Below are positions 9,832 to 18,821 of a DNA stretch of 33,046 bases, one piece after another. Below the pieces are notes generated by a model. That model was given only the letters and a program-made list of their open reading frames with translations. It was not told where the DNA came from and made no database searches. Source of the DNA: Candidatus Brocadiia bacterium (lineage in GTDB: Bacteria; Planctomycetota; Brocadiia; SM23-32); assembly GCA_046538485.1 (NCBI GenBank), contig JBKHIT010000058.1, forward strand, positions 1 to 33,046, in the 5' to 3' direction. Both the position numbers and the translations under genes were made by a program. Each line of letters opens with the position of its first letter. The stretch's first letter is position 1.

Positions 9832-11220
9832 TCAATCACACATAATACTGTCAAGGAGTTCTACGCTTCCTTCAACTATCATATCCAGCGCTTCCGGGAC
9901 GAGTTTTGAACCGTTGGATGTCCACGTTTCGTAACCGCCGCGTTCGAGCGCTTCCGGGGTCGGGATGTAGCCGACGTATCCGTGCGACATGTGGGCCACG
10001 AACGTGCGTTCGGCGGGCGACTGCATTTTGATTTGCAGCTGGCCCTGAACGAACGGTTCGCCCATAACCGCGAGCAAAGCGATATCGCCGATCCGGAACG
10101 CCTGAATTTCGTAGTCGAAGACCGGTGATTCCCGGCGAAGGCGGTCGATGTCGAGTCGCATCACGGCGTAGACCCAATCCCAATCGGCAGCGATGTTTTC
10201 CAGACCGTCTTTCCAGATCGGTTCGGGATGTTTTTCGAGCAACTCCCGTGCCTCTTCCAGCTGTTCGGGTGGCACTTTACGTAACGGTATTTCAAGGTTG
10301 CGGGAAGCAAAACCCAGCTCGCCGGACTCCTGCAACGAGAGGTTTTTCAAAAGCGGGCGGGTCGTCTCCAGAAGATCCGTGGCCATTTCATCGACCGTGT
10401 TGCGGTGGGCTGGATTGAGGTGATCGTTATGGTGAACGTTGCCGCAGCACCCGTTGGCGACCATCGCGACGCAGTTGTCGTTGTAGAAGTTTTCCACGCC
10501 GCGCGCCCATGCGCCGGGCCAGCCGCCGGTGACGTACCGCTGGGGGTAGCCGTGGACAGGATGGCAGGTGTAATGGAGAAGAACCGCAACCGGTGCCAGA
10601 GATTCGGAGATCAGGCTCATCACGCCGACTTCGGGGTCGATCGGGCCTTCGATGTGGAGAATGTTGGACATATCCGCTCCGCCGGGATGGCAGACGGCCG
10701 AACCGTCCCGGAGCACAAAGCGGCGGTTGAATGCCACCCGCGATTCGAGGCCGGTTGCGAGTCCAATTCGAACCGGTTGCATGTTTTCGATCGCCTTTTC
10801 GATCGCTTCGAGGGACCGCTCTACGGCGAAGGGGTGGTAATCATCGTCGCCACCTTTCAGCCAATCCATATCCGGAGGAATATAGTCCGATTCGTAGTTG
10901 AAGAAAAAGTGACCGATGCTGGGGGCGGCATGGTTTTGCACCGTGTGTACCATGGCGGCTTCTCGCGGAAGACCGAAGCGTTCCGTGGCACCGTCGCGAA
11001 TCTTGTCGGACCATTTGCGTGTGATGGCCAGAACGTCCAGCGAGAGAAAGCAAATTTTCTGCGAGCCGGACTGCAGGACAAGAGCCCGGGCGAAAAGTGG
11101 ATCGACCAGCATTTCCGCCGGCCGTCTGCGTCCGATATCGCCCGCGAGCTGGGTACCCAGCGGGGGAGTGATATCAACTTTTGCGGCGCCGGCCAGTAGT
11201 GCGGGGGTTTTTGTTTTCAT
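9832..11220 (-). CDS. Neutral/alkaline ceramidase N-terminal-domain-like amidohydrolase (paralog of 7000-8277)
   Basis: AGAAKVDITPP, QNHAAP, FNRR, EGPIDPEV, YTCHPVH, GYIPT...GGYET motifs. GGAGGT RBS before ATG 11220. Confidence 0.85.
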   Translation of the reverse strand: MKTKTPALLAGAAKVDITPPLGTQLAGDIGRRRPAEMLVDPLFARALVLQSGSQKICFLSLDVLAITRKWSDKIRDGATERFGLPREAAMVHTVQNHAAPSIGHFFFNYESDYIPPDMDWLKGGDDDYHPFAVERSLEAIEKAIENMQPVRIGLATGLESRVAFNRRFVLRDGSAVCHPGGADMSNILHIEGPIDPEVGVMSLISESLAPVAVLLHYTCHPVHGYPQRYVTGGWPGAWARGVENFYNDNCVAMVANGCCGNVHHNDHLNPAHRNTVDEMATDLLETTRPLLKNLSLQESGELGFASRNLEIPLRKVPPEQLEEARELLEKHPEPIWKDGLENIAADWDWVYAVMRLDIDRLRRESPVFDYEIQAFRIGDIALLAVMGEPFVQGQLQIKMQSPAERTFVAHMSHGYVGYIPTPEALERGGYETWTSNGSKLVPEALDMIVEGSVELLDSIMCD

Positions 11221-11434
11221 CTGTGGACCTCCGAGTGATTCCAAGGAATCAGGCATGATTTTTTTAAGTGACCTAAGGGACGCAAGCGACGAAAGAGACT
11301 GGAGTTTGTGTGCTGTGCAAACTCGTCAGAGTTTTCCGAAGGCTAAATCTTAGTCCGGTCGGTCAGAAAATCAAGCTATGTTGGAAGGAATTTGCGCTGA
11401 GGCACATTTCGCTATTTGACAACGCCCGGGAGCT

Positions 11435-11460
11435 GTAGGTCCGCATCGCCGAGGCGGACC
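11435..11460 (+). repeat. GTAG-type REP-like hairpin, copy 1
   Basis: GTAG overlapping the hairpin GGTCCGC-ATCGCCGAG-GCGGACC. Near-identical copy at 13554-13579. Confidence 0.75.
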
Positions 11461-11508
11461 TGCCGTTGGTTGTTGGTCTTTGTGTTGCACGGCCTGCGGG
11501 CCTTTGCG

Positions 11509-11597
11509 CCGCGTTCTGAACTCCAGACCTGCGGAGCGGGGCTGAAAGGCCAGTGCGCTCGCGGGACCGGGAGACTGGAATTGTCCGCCTCCGGCGT
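11509..11597 (+). repeat. Intergenic repeat family A (GTTCTGAACTCCAG...CAGTCCGCTC)
   Basis: Related copies at 12258-12309 and 25890-25940 (+), and 21285-21327 and 31411-31454 (-). Confidence 0.8.
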
Positions 11598-11802
11598 CGG
11601 CCGCGCGTGTGAATCACGATTTCCTCCCCCTCGATTCGTGCCTCACTGCGAAATAATATATATCAGGCTGATAGATATTCAGCCTGCCGCATTTTGTGCT
11701 GTCAACAGAAAAGTTTGATATCCCGTGCCAGGCGGTCTATGATGGATGCCGTACGTGTCGGACTGCGGTCGTAATTGGAATTCTGCTCAGCGAGGTGACA
11801 TC

Positions 11803-12150
11803 ATGCCTGTTGACGACTACAGTTTTGGCCGAATCACTGTGGATGGAAAGACTTACACCGATGACGTCATAATCTCACCTGAGGGTGTGGATGATTCGTG
11901 GTGGCGCGAGACTGGGCACGAGGTCTGCGAGGCCGATCTGGATCCCGTATGGAAGACGAATCCGGAGATTCTCATCATCGGCACGGGCGCAAGAGGAGTC
12001 ATGAAAGTTCTGCCTGAGGCACGCGAACTGATGGAGAAACGTTGCGATCAGCTTCATGTGCTTCCGACCAAAAAAGCGTGCAAAAAATACAACAAGCTGG
12101 TGAAGAAAAAGGGCAAACGGGTGGTCGCGGCGTTTCACCTGACCTGTTGA
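11803..12150 (+). CDS. Mth938-like (DUF498) domain protein
   Basis: YSFGRITVDGKTY, WWRETGH, LIIGTGARG, AAFHLTC. GAGGTG RBS before ATG 11803. Confidence 0.9.
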   Translation: MPVDDYSFGRITVDGKTYTDDVIISPEGVDDSWWRETGHEVCEADLDPVWKTNPEILIIGTGARGVMKVLPEARELMEKRCDQLHVLPTKKACKKYNKLVKKKGKRVVAAFHLTC

Positions 12151-12257
12151 AGGTGAACGTGGGATGTGGTTTGCTGGTTTTTTAGGTGCGAAATGGTGGA
12201 TCCAAGTGCCACCGTTAGTTTTTGGTCGTTTTTGCTGCGAGGCCTGCAGGCGTCTGG

Positions 12258-12309
12258 CCGCGTTCTGAACTCCAGCCCCGCGGGAGCGGTTCGGAAGTCC
12301 AGTCCGCTC
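12258..12309 (+). repeat. Intergenic repeat family A copy
   Basis: CCGCGTTCTGAACTCCAGCCCCGCGGGAGCGGTTCGGAAGTCCAGTCCGCTC. Confidence 0.8.
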
Positions 12310-12345
12310 ATGCGTAGTATCAGGGGAAAGGACGAGGAACACCGG

Positions 12346-12378
12346 GTCCCTTTCGTCCCTTAAGTCCCTTACGCCCCT
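12346..12378. repeat. 9-bp period tandem repeat (GTCCCTTNN)
   Basis: GTCCCTTTC GTCCCTTAA GTCCCTTAC GCCCCT. A degenerate reverse-complement copy lies at 11275-11299. Confidence 0.65.
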
Positions 12379-12446
12379 CCTCTGCGCAACCACATCCCGT
12401 TCCCGGAAGATGCGAAATTATGTTTGACCCGCGGTCGATATTGCAC

Positions 12447-13343
12447 TCACTCGGGCCGTTTGCCGGCAAGTTCCTCGCAGGCCTGGAGGTAGCGTTCGGC
12501 CGTTTTTCCCACGACTTCCATCGGGAGACTCGGGCCGGGGGGAGAATGATCCCATCCGCTCTCATCGAGCCAGTCCCGCACGTATTGTTTGTCGTAGGAA
12601 TACTGGGATTTGCCAGGCTCGTAGGTATCGGCTGGCCAGAAACGCGACGAATCGGGCGTGAGCACCTCATCGATCAGGGTCAGTTCGCCGTCGCAGAGGC
12701 CCCACTCGAATTTAGTATCACTGATGATGATGCCCTGTTTGGCGGCGTATTCGCTGGCTTTTTTGTAGATGCCGAGGGAGCGTTCCTGAAGCTGATCGGC
12801 GATCTCTGTTCCCGCAATTTCCCGGGCGCGTTCCATCGGGATGTTTTCATCATGGCCGCTTTCGGCTTTGGTGGCCGGAGTGAAAATTGGTTCGGGCAGC
12901 TGTTCGGCCTGCCGCATACCTTCGGGCAGTTCGATTCCGCAGATCTTTCCCGTCTTCTTGTATGAACGCCACGCCGATCCCGCCAGATAGCCCCGCACGA
13001 CGCACTCGATCGGCACCACGTCGGCCTTTTTCACCAGCATTGAGCGTCCTTCGAGGATATCGGCATGTTGTTGGACGGATTCGTCCATTACAGCGATATC
13101 GGCTGTGATCAGATGCGTCGGTGTGATATCACTCAGATAATCGACCCAGAAGAGGGTAAGCTGGGTCAGGACTTTCCCTTTGAACGGGATTCCTGAGGCG
13201 AGTACGCTGTCGTAAGCGCTGATGCGATCCGACGCAACTATGAGAAGGTTGTCGTCGACTTCGTAGATGTCCCGGACCTTCCCGCGGTTGAAAAGGTCGA
13301 GTCCTTCCAGATCCGTCTCCATGACAGGTTGCGGCATTTCCAT
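12447..13343 (-). CDS. purC: Phosphoribosylaminoimidazole-succinocarboxamide synthase
   Basis: GKVRDIY, SDRISAYD, ECVVRGYLAGS, DTKFEWG, DEVLTPDSSRFW, DKQYVRDWL motifs. Start 13343 or 13337. Confidence 0.98.
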   Translation of the reverse strand: MEMPQPVMETDLEGLDLFNRGKVRDIYEVDDNLLIVASDRISAYDSVLASGIPFKGKVLTQLTLFWVDYLSDITPTHLITADIAVMDESVQQHADILEGRSMLVKKADVVPIECVVRGYLAGSAWRSYKKTGKICGIELPEGMRQAEQLPEPIFTPATKAESGHDENIPMERAREIAGTEIADQLQERSLGIYKKASEYAAKQGIIISDTKFEWGLCDGELTLIDEVLTPDSSRFWPADTYEPGKSQYSYDKQYVRDWLDESGWDHSPPGPSLPMEVVGKTAERYLQACEELAGKRPE

Positions 13344-13553
13344 AATCTTCTGGCTCCCCGCTTCTCTGATTTTAGGTATAGGGGCTGGCTCCTTGCGTTC
13401 CCCTGTTGGCAAGAGTATAGCTGGTCAGGAAAGATGTGCAAACGCAAGCGCTTTTTCAGGCCCATATTCTCGTTTATAATGGCTTAATGAGCAATGAGGA
13501 TGCAGATACTTTCATTCGTTATCTGCTGCGTCTTCGGCAAATGCTGGAGAGCT

Positions 13554-13579
13554 GTAGGTCCGGATCGCCGAGCCGGACC
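13554..13579 (+). repeat. GTAG-type REP-like hairpin, copy 2
   Basis: GTAG overlapping the hairpin GGTCCGG-ATCGCCGAG-CCGGACC. Confidence 0.75.
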
Positions 13580-13638
13580 TGCCGTTTGTCGTTTCTGCGC
13601 GAGCCGATCAAGTTTCTCGCCCGCTTTCTGAACGTCAG

Positions 13639-13712
13639 CCCGCTCACAGGGAATGGAGACTCGAGTTCAGCTGAGCTCGCCAGAGGCGAGCGAAACTGGA
13701 CTTGAGGCGGGC
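13639..13712 (+). repeat. Intergenic repeat family B
   Basis: GAGACTCGAGTTCAGCTGAG...GCGAGCGAAACTGGACTTGAGGCGGGC. Inverted copy at 31501-31573. Confidence 0.85.
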
Positions 13713-13787
13713 CAATGTGGAAAATGGCTACTCGGACGAAACAGCCCGCTTTCTGAACGTCAGCCCCCACTTGCGTTTGATTCGTCA

Positions 13788-13985
13788 GTCCGCGGAGGAC
13801 TGGGTGATGGTGAACCAGGAAATTATAGGACTGAAAGCCTGCGATATGATTTTCGGCATTCCGACGGTAAACTGGTCAGGTCGAAAACATGGTGGCCTTG
13901 AAACATGAACAAGACGGCACGATATTTGAAACCAACATTAAGGCTATCGGATTAATATGCTCGCTAAAATCGCTGCGGATGCGGG
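13788..13985. repeat. 198-bp dispersed repeat, copy 1
   Basis: Aligns without gaps to 26400-26597; 29 mismatches by manual count (about 85% identity). Confidence 0.9.
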
Positions 13986-14108
13986 ACGCTCGCTCCCGCC
14001 TATGCGTGAGCGCCGAAGCGCCACGCTACGGCGCGCAGGCGGCTCGGTCCGACGACCGCATTCTCAGACAGAGCCTGGTTGAAACAGACTCAGGAGGAGA
14101 GTCCCGGA

Positions 14109-17100
14109 ATGAACCGTCTTGAAAAGTTTTTCCGTGCTGGCGCGGTTGCCTGTGTTGTGTTTGTCGGGTTGCTCGGATCCGTACACTCCCAGGAACTTGT
14201 TCTCCCGGGGGAAGAGCTCGACAGTGGCCGGTCGGAAGAAAAAGATGGTGTTGTTCTGGAAGGGGAAGATAACGGGGCCAAAGGGGCCGCAAACTATCGG
14301 GACAAACGAGCCAGCGGCGAAAAATGCGCCGGACGAATCCTGGTTGAAAAGATGCGTCCGGTCGTCGCCGGACGCGCCGAATTGCCGGCCGGAGAGTATG
14401 TCGCGGTTTTCCGTCTTGAAGCTGCGCCCGCCGATATCGTCCATTTCCTGCAGGTTTCTCTTCGGGCCGGTTCGTCCTTAAGGACACTCCAGCAGATCCA
14501 TTTTGATCCGGAGGAAGGCTATCAAGAGTTTGAGCTGGCTTTCTCGCACGCCGGCGGAACGCTGCCCGTGCGGGTCTCTGCAAAAGGAGGGTCTGGTTTC
14601 GACGGCATGCGCAGCAAACTGTCGGAGAAAGAGAAGAAAGAATACGGCAGCAAACTGCTCAAATCGGAAGTGCTGCGCGAAGAGGAAGAAGATGCAACCT
14701 CCCTGGCGCTGGACGAACTCGAAGAAGCGAAGAGCGTCGACAGCTTCAAACCTTACGATCATCGTTTGCTCTGCGATGCCATCGAACTGCGTCCTGTCCG
14801 CCACGCGCAGGCCATCGTCCAGTCCGTGACCGTCGACAAAGTCCACTACCGGCCGGGGGAAACCATCGGGGCGGAAGTGGCGGTCTACGGGGCCACCCCG
14901 GATGGGAAATATGAGCTTGTTGCCGAGGATATCACGGAAATCGATAGTCGCCGCCGGGTCTGGAGCCGGAATGTCGAGCTGGGGCGGGGGACAACCCGCA
15001 AGATGCAGTTCGATTTTCAAATCGGCCAAAGAGTTTTTGGCCATGAATTACGCTGCACGCTTCAGAAAGACGGTGCGCCAATCCATGGTGGAAGTGCGTT
15101 TTACGGAGCGAGCCGGAATGTCTATCGCGTCGGTATCTGCGGCGACGGCGGCCCGCAAAACGTTCAGAATCTGACCGAAGAGCGTGCTGCCGAAATTATG
15201 GAGAGAAACAAGCGGCGCTACGCCAATTATTTCGAGCGATTTGCCTGGGCGCCGTGTGATTACTCAAATCTTGCCCCCGAGACCCAGAAGTTCTGGTCCG
15301 GTCAAACGCAATACCCGGGTTCAATTACAGGTTACCAGACACTCATCCAGGCTGCGCACGATAACGGCGTCAAGGCTATTACGTACGGGAAATCATGCGC
15401 TGCGGGCATCGAAGGTTTCAAGACCTTTCAGCGCCACCCCGAATATTTCCAGCACCGACCGGAAGGGCCGGGCACCCAGCAGTTCAATGTTTTCTATCTG
15501 GAACGGATGCTCGCCAACGATTACAATCTCCACGCCAAACCGATCGACGGCGGCTGGCAACATTGGGCGAGCCTCTGGACGAATTGGGGCAACGATGAGA
15601 CGGTCCGGTTCGGCGCTCAGGCGATCATGGACTCGATCGAGATGTTCGGCTGGGACGGTGTCCGCTGGGACGGGCATTTCCGGGGGAAACAGCAGATTTT
15701 CATCGATATCCTGCGCGAGAACTACCCGGATTTCGTCCACGGATACAACATCGCTTTTGGCAACCCGAAGGGAAATATCTTCGTGCCGCGGCGGGACATG
15801 GATGATTTCCATACCGTGGCCGCGGAACACGGATTGATGATGGACGAAAGCGTGAGGGATTGGAGTCACACGAACTTCTCGCCCGGCCATATGCGGCCTT
15901 TCTATGAAGCCCTCTGCCGGGAGGCCGACTACATCAAGCGTATTGGCGGTTTGCCGCTTTTTATAACCTTCGACATGGCATCACCACAGGATCGGACTTT
16001 CAACGTCCTGTGCGGGCTGGCGGCCGGTGAACGCTATTGCTACCTCACTTCCCCCGGCGAATTCGCGTTCGGGCCGCTCCCAAAATTCCTCACGCGGTAT
16101 TCCGCGTTCATCTGGGACGATACGCAGCGTGTGGCGAATCCGGGTGATCGGATATCTGTGAAGGTAGGAGAGGGCCCCGAAGGGGCCGAGCCCTGGTGGC
16201 GAAAAAGCACCTGGCTGCGCGATGCCCCGTCGGGTAAGAAACAGGTTCTCATCAATCTGCTCAATCCGCCGGGTTATCCGCAGTTTTGCAACCGCGTTCA
16301 AACCCCACCCGCGACGTTGCGCGATATCACGATCCGCGTGAAATCCGGAGAAGGAACAAAATTGACCCGCGCCGCGCACATATCGCCGGATCTCGTCGAG
16401 GGACACCATCAACTTGAGACGCAGCGACGAGACGGGAGCCATGTCGTAACCGTGCCCCGGCTGCGGACGTGGAGCATTGTCATTCTGGAATATGATGCCG
16501 ATGCAGAGCCCGAGTTCCCGGTGACGACGCCCGTCAAAGACGCGCGAGAGTATCTGGAGAAACGTCGCGAAAAACGCAAGACAAAAACTGCCAAAAAGCC
16601 TGAAAAGAAGAAAAAAGTGCCCTATTACCGGGACTACGAACGCCATGAGAACGTCGATGCAAAGCGGGCCGAGAAGATGGAAAGACCGGAGGAGATAGTT
16701 CTTCGGCGCAACGGCGAGCTTGACGTGCATCATGCCCGGGGGGCTTTCAGCTGGCTGAATCCGGTGGGAAGCGCGGTGGGACTGCTGGGCGGGGGACGAT
16801 ACGACCCATCGTGGGTCGATTACGTCGGCTTCAAGCTCAACAGAACCCGCGGATGCATGGACGAATTTCCCGACAGCTACGAGCGTCTGCTCGCCTACGA
16901 CGTGGTTGTGCTCGACGACGTGCATTCCTTCTACCTCGGCAGCACGCGCCGGGTGAAGGTCGCTGATTTTGTGCGAAATGGGGGCGGGTTGGTTTATTTC
17001 GGCGGCTATTTCAATCTGTCGCTCGGAGCCGACCACAACACCTTCATCGAAGAAATCCTGCCCGTTCGGATCAAAAACTACGCCGATATCCAGCGGGATG

Positions 17101-18323
17101 ATAAGGGGTTACCTTTAAGACCGGTTGATAAAACGTTCTTCGAGGGCATGGTGGATTGGTCAAAACCGCCCGTGACTTTCGTTGTTGATACTTCGGACAT
17201 TGACGACCGAGCGCGGGTATTGGTGCGAGCGGGAAGGCACCCGGCGATTGTGGCGAGTCGATACGGGGAAGGCCGTGTGGTTACGATGCTGATCAACCCT
17301 CATGGAGGGAGACCTGAGGACGTGACGCCGTACTGGGAATGGCCGCAGTGGCCGCGGGTTCTCAGTGCCTGCGTCAGGTGGGCGGCCGAGGGATGGCAGG
17401 AGGAAGACAAAACCGGCGGAAAGAAACGGACTGCGGATAAAAGCAAGCCGCAGCCCATGGACCTGATGATGGAAGCGTTCGATCTGGATTCGGCAGCTTT
17501 CACTAAAAAGGTCAAACAGGCCCGGGTAAACGTGGTGGATGCGGAGAGTGCGAAAGTCATGCTCGAGACGGCCGTTGGCAGCGTGGATAAGATTGAGGAT
17601 CTGGATTTGTTAAAACAGATCGTCGATGATGCGGCGCCGTACTTTAACAAGGATTTTGCGCCGCTCGGCAAGAAATTGATCTCGTCCGAACACTGGTTCA
17701 TTCGGGAAGCCGGGTACCAGATTCTCGGCCGGGCCGGCGATCCCGAATATCGGGAGTTGCTGGAGAAAGGACTGCAGGATGGCGAACCGCGGGTGGTGCG
17801 GCAGGCTTTGGTCGGTCTGGGGCGGCTCGGTGTGGCGGAATCGCGTCCGGCGCTGCGCCGGTATCTGAAGAGCGGATCCGAAAAGCTGCTGGCCGCGGCG
17901 GCCCTTAAACGTTCCGGCTCGGAGCAGATTATCGAGCGGGGTCTGGAATTATATGGCAAGGAGATGACACACAAGATCCACCTCAAATGCGGACGGCGGA
18001 GTCTTGAGAGCACGCTCTGGGGCGGGGTATCGTTCAAACTAACGCGCGAGCAGCGCAAGAAACTGATGGCCGAGTACCGCGAACTGAGGCGGGTCGAACG
18101 GCAGGTTAAGTTCGATATCAACTTCTTCGAAGAATCTCTTACGTCACTGAGTGAAGGCGAGATGCAGAACCTTGTGGAGTTCATGACGGAGACTGAAAAA
18201 CGCGAGGTCCTGCCTTTTGCTTACGAGTTCTTTGCGAATCTCCCGGATCAGAAAGCCGAAAAATATGTGCCGCAGCTGGAAGACGCCAGGTTGGACGAAC
18301 TCCGTATGCTGGCGGAGTTTTGA
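14109..18323 (+). CDS. Large exported multidomain protein: GH66-like region, GATase1-like (DUF1355-type) domain, HEAT-like repeats
   Basis: Signal peptide; VDKVHYRPGE, IQAAHDNGVKAITY, GWDGVRWD, INLLN...ISPD...TVPRLRTWSIV; YDVVVLDDV...FVRNGGGLVYFGG; GLQDGEPRVVRQALVGLGRLG. AGGAGG RBS before ATG 14109. Confidence 0.7.
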   Translation: MNRLEKFFRAGAVACVVFVGLLGSVHSQELVLPGEELDSGRSEEKDGVVLEGEDNGAKGAANYRDKRASGEKCAGRILVEKMRPVVAGRAELPAGEYVAVFRLEAAPADIVHFLQVSLRAGSSLRTLQQIHFDPEEGYQEFELAFSHAGGTLPVRVSAKGGSGFDGMRSKLSEKEKKEYGSKLLKSEVLREEEEDATSLALDELEEAKSVDSFKPYDHRLLCDAIELRPVRHAQAIVQSVTVDKVHYRPGETIGAEVAVYGATPDGKYELVAEDITEIDSRRRVWSRNVELGRGTTRKMQFDFQIGQRVFGHELRCTLQKDGAPIHGGSAFYGASRNVYRVGICGDGGPQNVQNLTEERAAEIMERNKRRYANYFERFAWAPCDYSNLAPETQKFWSGQTQYPGSITGYQTLIQAAHDNGVKAITYGKSCAAGIEGFKTFQRHPEYFQHRPEGPGTQQFNVFYLERMLANDYNLHAKPIDGGWQHWASLWTNWGNDETVRFGAQAIMDSIEMFGWDGVRWDGHFRGKQQIFIDILRENYPDFVHGYNIAFGNPKGNIFVPRRDMDDFHTVAAEHGLMMDESVRDWSHTNFSPGHMRPFYEALCREADYIKRIGGLPLFITFDMASPQDRTFNVLCGLAAGERYCYLTSPGEFAFGPLPKFLTRYSAFIWDDTQRVANPGDRISVKVGEGPEGAEPWWRKSTWLRDAPSGKKQVLINLLNPPGYPQFCNRVQTPPATLRDITIRVKSGEGTKLTRAAHISPDLVEGHHQLETQRRDGSHVVTVPRLRTWSIVILEYDADAEPEFPVTTPVKDAREYLEKRREKRKTKTAKKPEKKKKVPYYRDYERHENVDAKRAEKMERPEEIVLRRNGELDVHHARGAFSWLNPVGSAVGLLGGGRYDPSWVDYVGFKLNRTRGCMDEFPDSYERLLAYDVVVLDDVHSFYLGSTRRVKVADFVRNGGGLVYFGGYFNLSLGADHNTFIEEILPVRIKNYADIQRDDKGLPLRPVDKTFFEGMVDWSKPPVTFVVDTSDIDDRARVLVRAGRHPAIVASRYGEGRVVTMLINPHGGRPEDVTPYWEWPQWPRVLSACVRWAAEGWQEEDKTGGKKRTADKSKPQPMDLMMEAFDLDSAAFTKKVKQARVNVVDAESAKVMLETAVGSVDKIEDLDLLKQIVDDAAPYFNKDFAPLGKKLISSEHWFIREAGYQILGRAGDPEYRELLEKGLQDGEPRVVRQALVGLGRLGVAESRPALRRYLKSGSEKLLAAAALKRSGSEQIIERGLELYGKEMTHKIHLKCGRRSLESTLWGGVSFKLTREQRKKLMAEYRELRRVERQVKFDINFFEESLTSLSEGEMQNLVEFMTETEKREVLPFAYEFFANLPDQKAEKYVPQLEDARLDELRMLAEF

Positions 18324-18344
18324 GTCCTTCTTTTTTGGGGCAGA

Positions 18345-18821
18345 CTATCCCTGCAGGCTTTCTTTGAATCTTTCCAGTTTCTCGCGATGACTTTCTTCCG
18401 CCGTGATTATGTCATCGATGGTGGATATGTGATCCTGCGGAACGATGGTTCTGAGTTTCTGGTAATATTCAATCGAGTTTTTCTCAAGTTGAACCGCAAA
18501 ACCTATCGCTTCGAGTGGTCCCACTTTGCGAAGAGATTTCTTGCTCATCTGTTCCTGGCCCGGCAGGAAACTCTCAGCGTATGCGTCCAGGAGTTTTGAA
18601 ACGCGTTCTGCATCCGCGTCACCGGGCTGGTCATCTTCAATCTGGTTTTTCATCTTTTCGAACGCGGCGAAGTGTTTTTCTTCTTCTCTTTGGAGGAAGG
18701 AGAAAATTTCCGCGACTTTTTTATCTCGCGCCTCTTTCCGGCAGTTTGCATAGAACGTATTGCCGTTTTTCTCCAGTTCCATTGCGAAAGCGATAGCATC
18801 GGCCAGACGCAAAGATTGCAT
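18345..18821 (-). CDS. Ferritin-like / rubrerythrin family protein
   Basis: Duplicated E..EK...FY and EExH motifs (AMELEKNGNTFY, EEEKH, AVQLEKNSIEYY, AEESH). AAGGAG RBS before ATG 18821. Confidence 0.9.
   Translation of the reverse strand: MQSLRLADAIAFAMELEKNGNTFYANCRKEARDKKVAEIFSFLQREEEKHFAAFEKMKNQIEDDQPGDADAERVSKLLDAYAESFLPGQEQMSKKSLRKVGPLEAIGFAVQLEKNSIEYYQKLRTIVPQDHISTIDDIITAEESHREKLERFKESLQG

Noticed and set aside
13876..13878. Selenocysteine recoding of the minus-strand TGA in the 198-bp repeat
   Set aside because: The other copy has CGA (Arg), not Cys, and the frame is not shown to be coding.
11435..14073. CRISPR array
   Set aside because: The repeats are dispersed and irregularly spaced with no repeat-spacer periodicity, and no cas genes are present.
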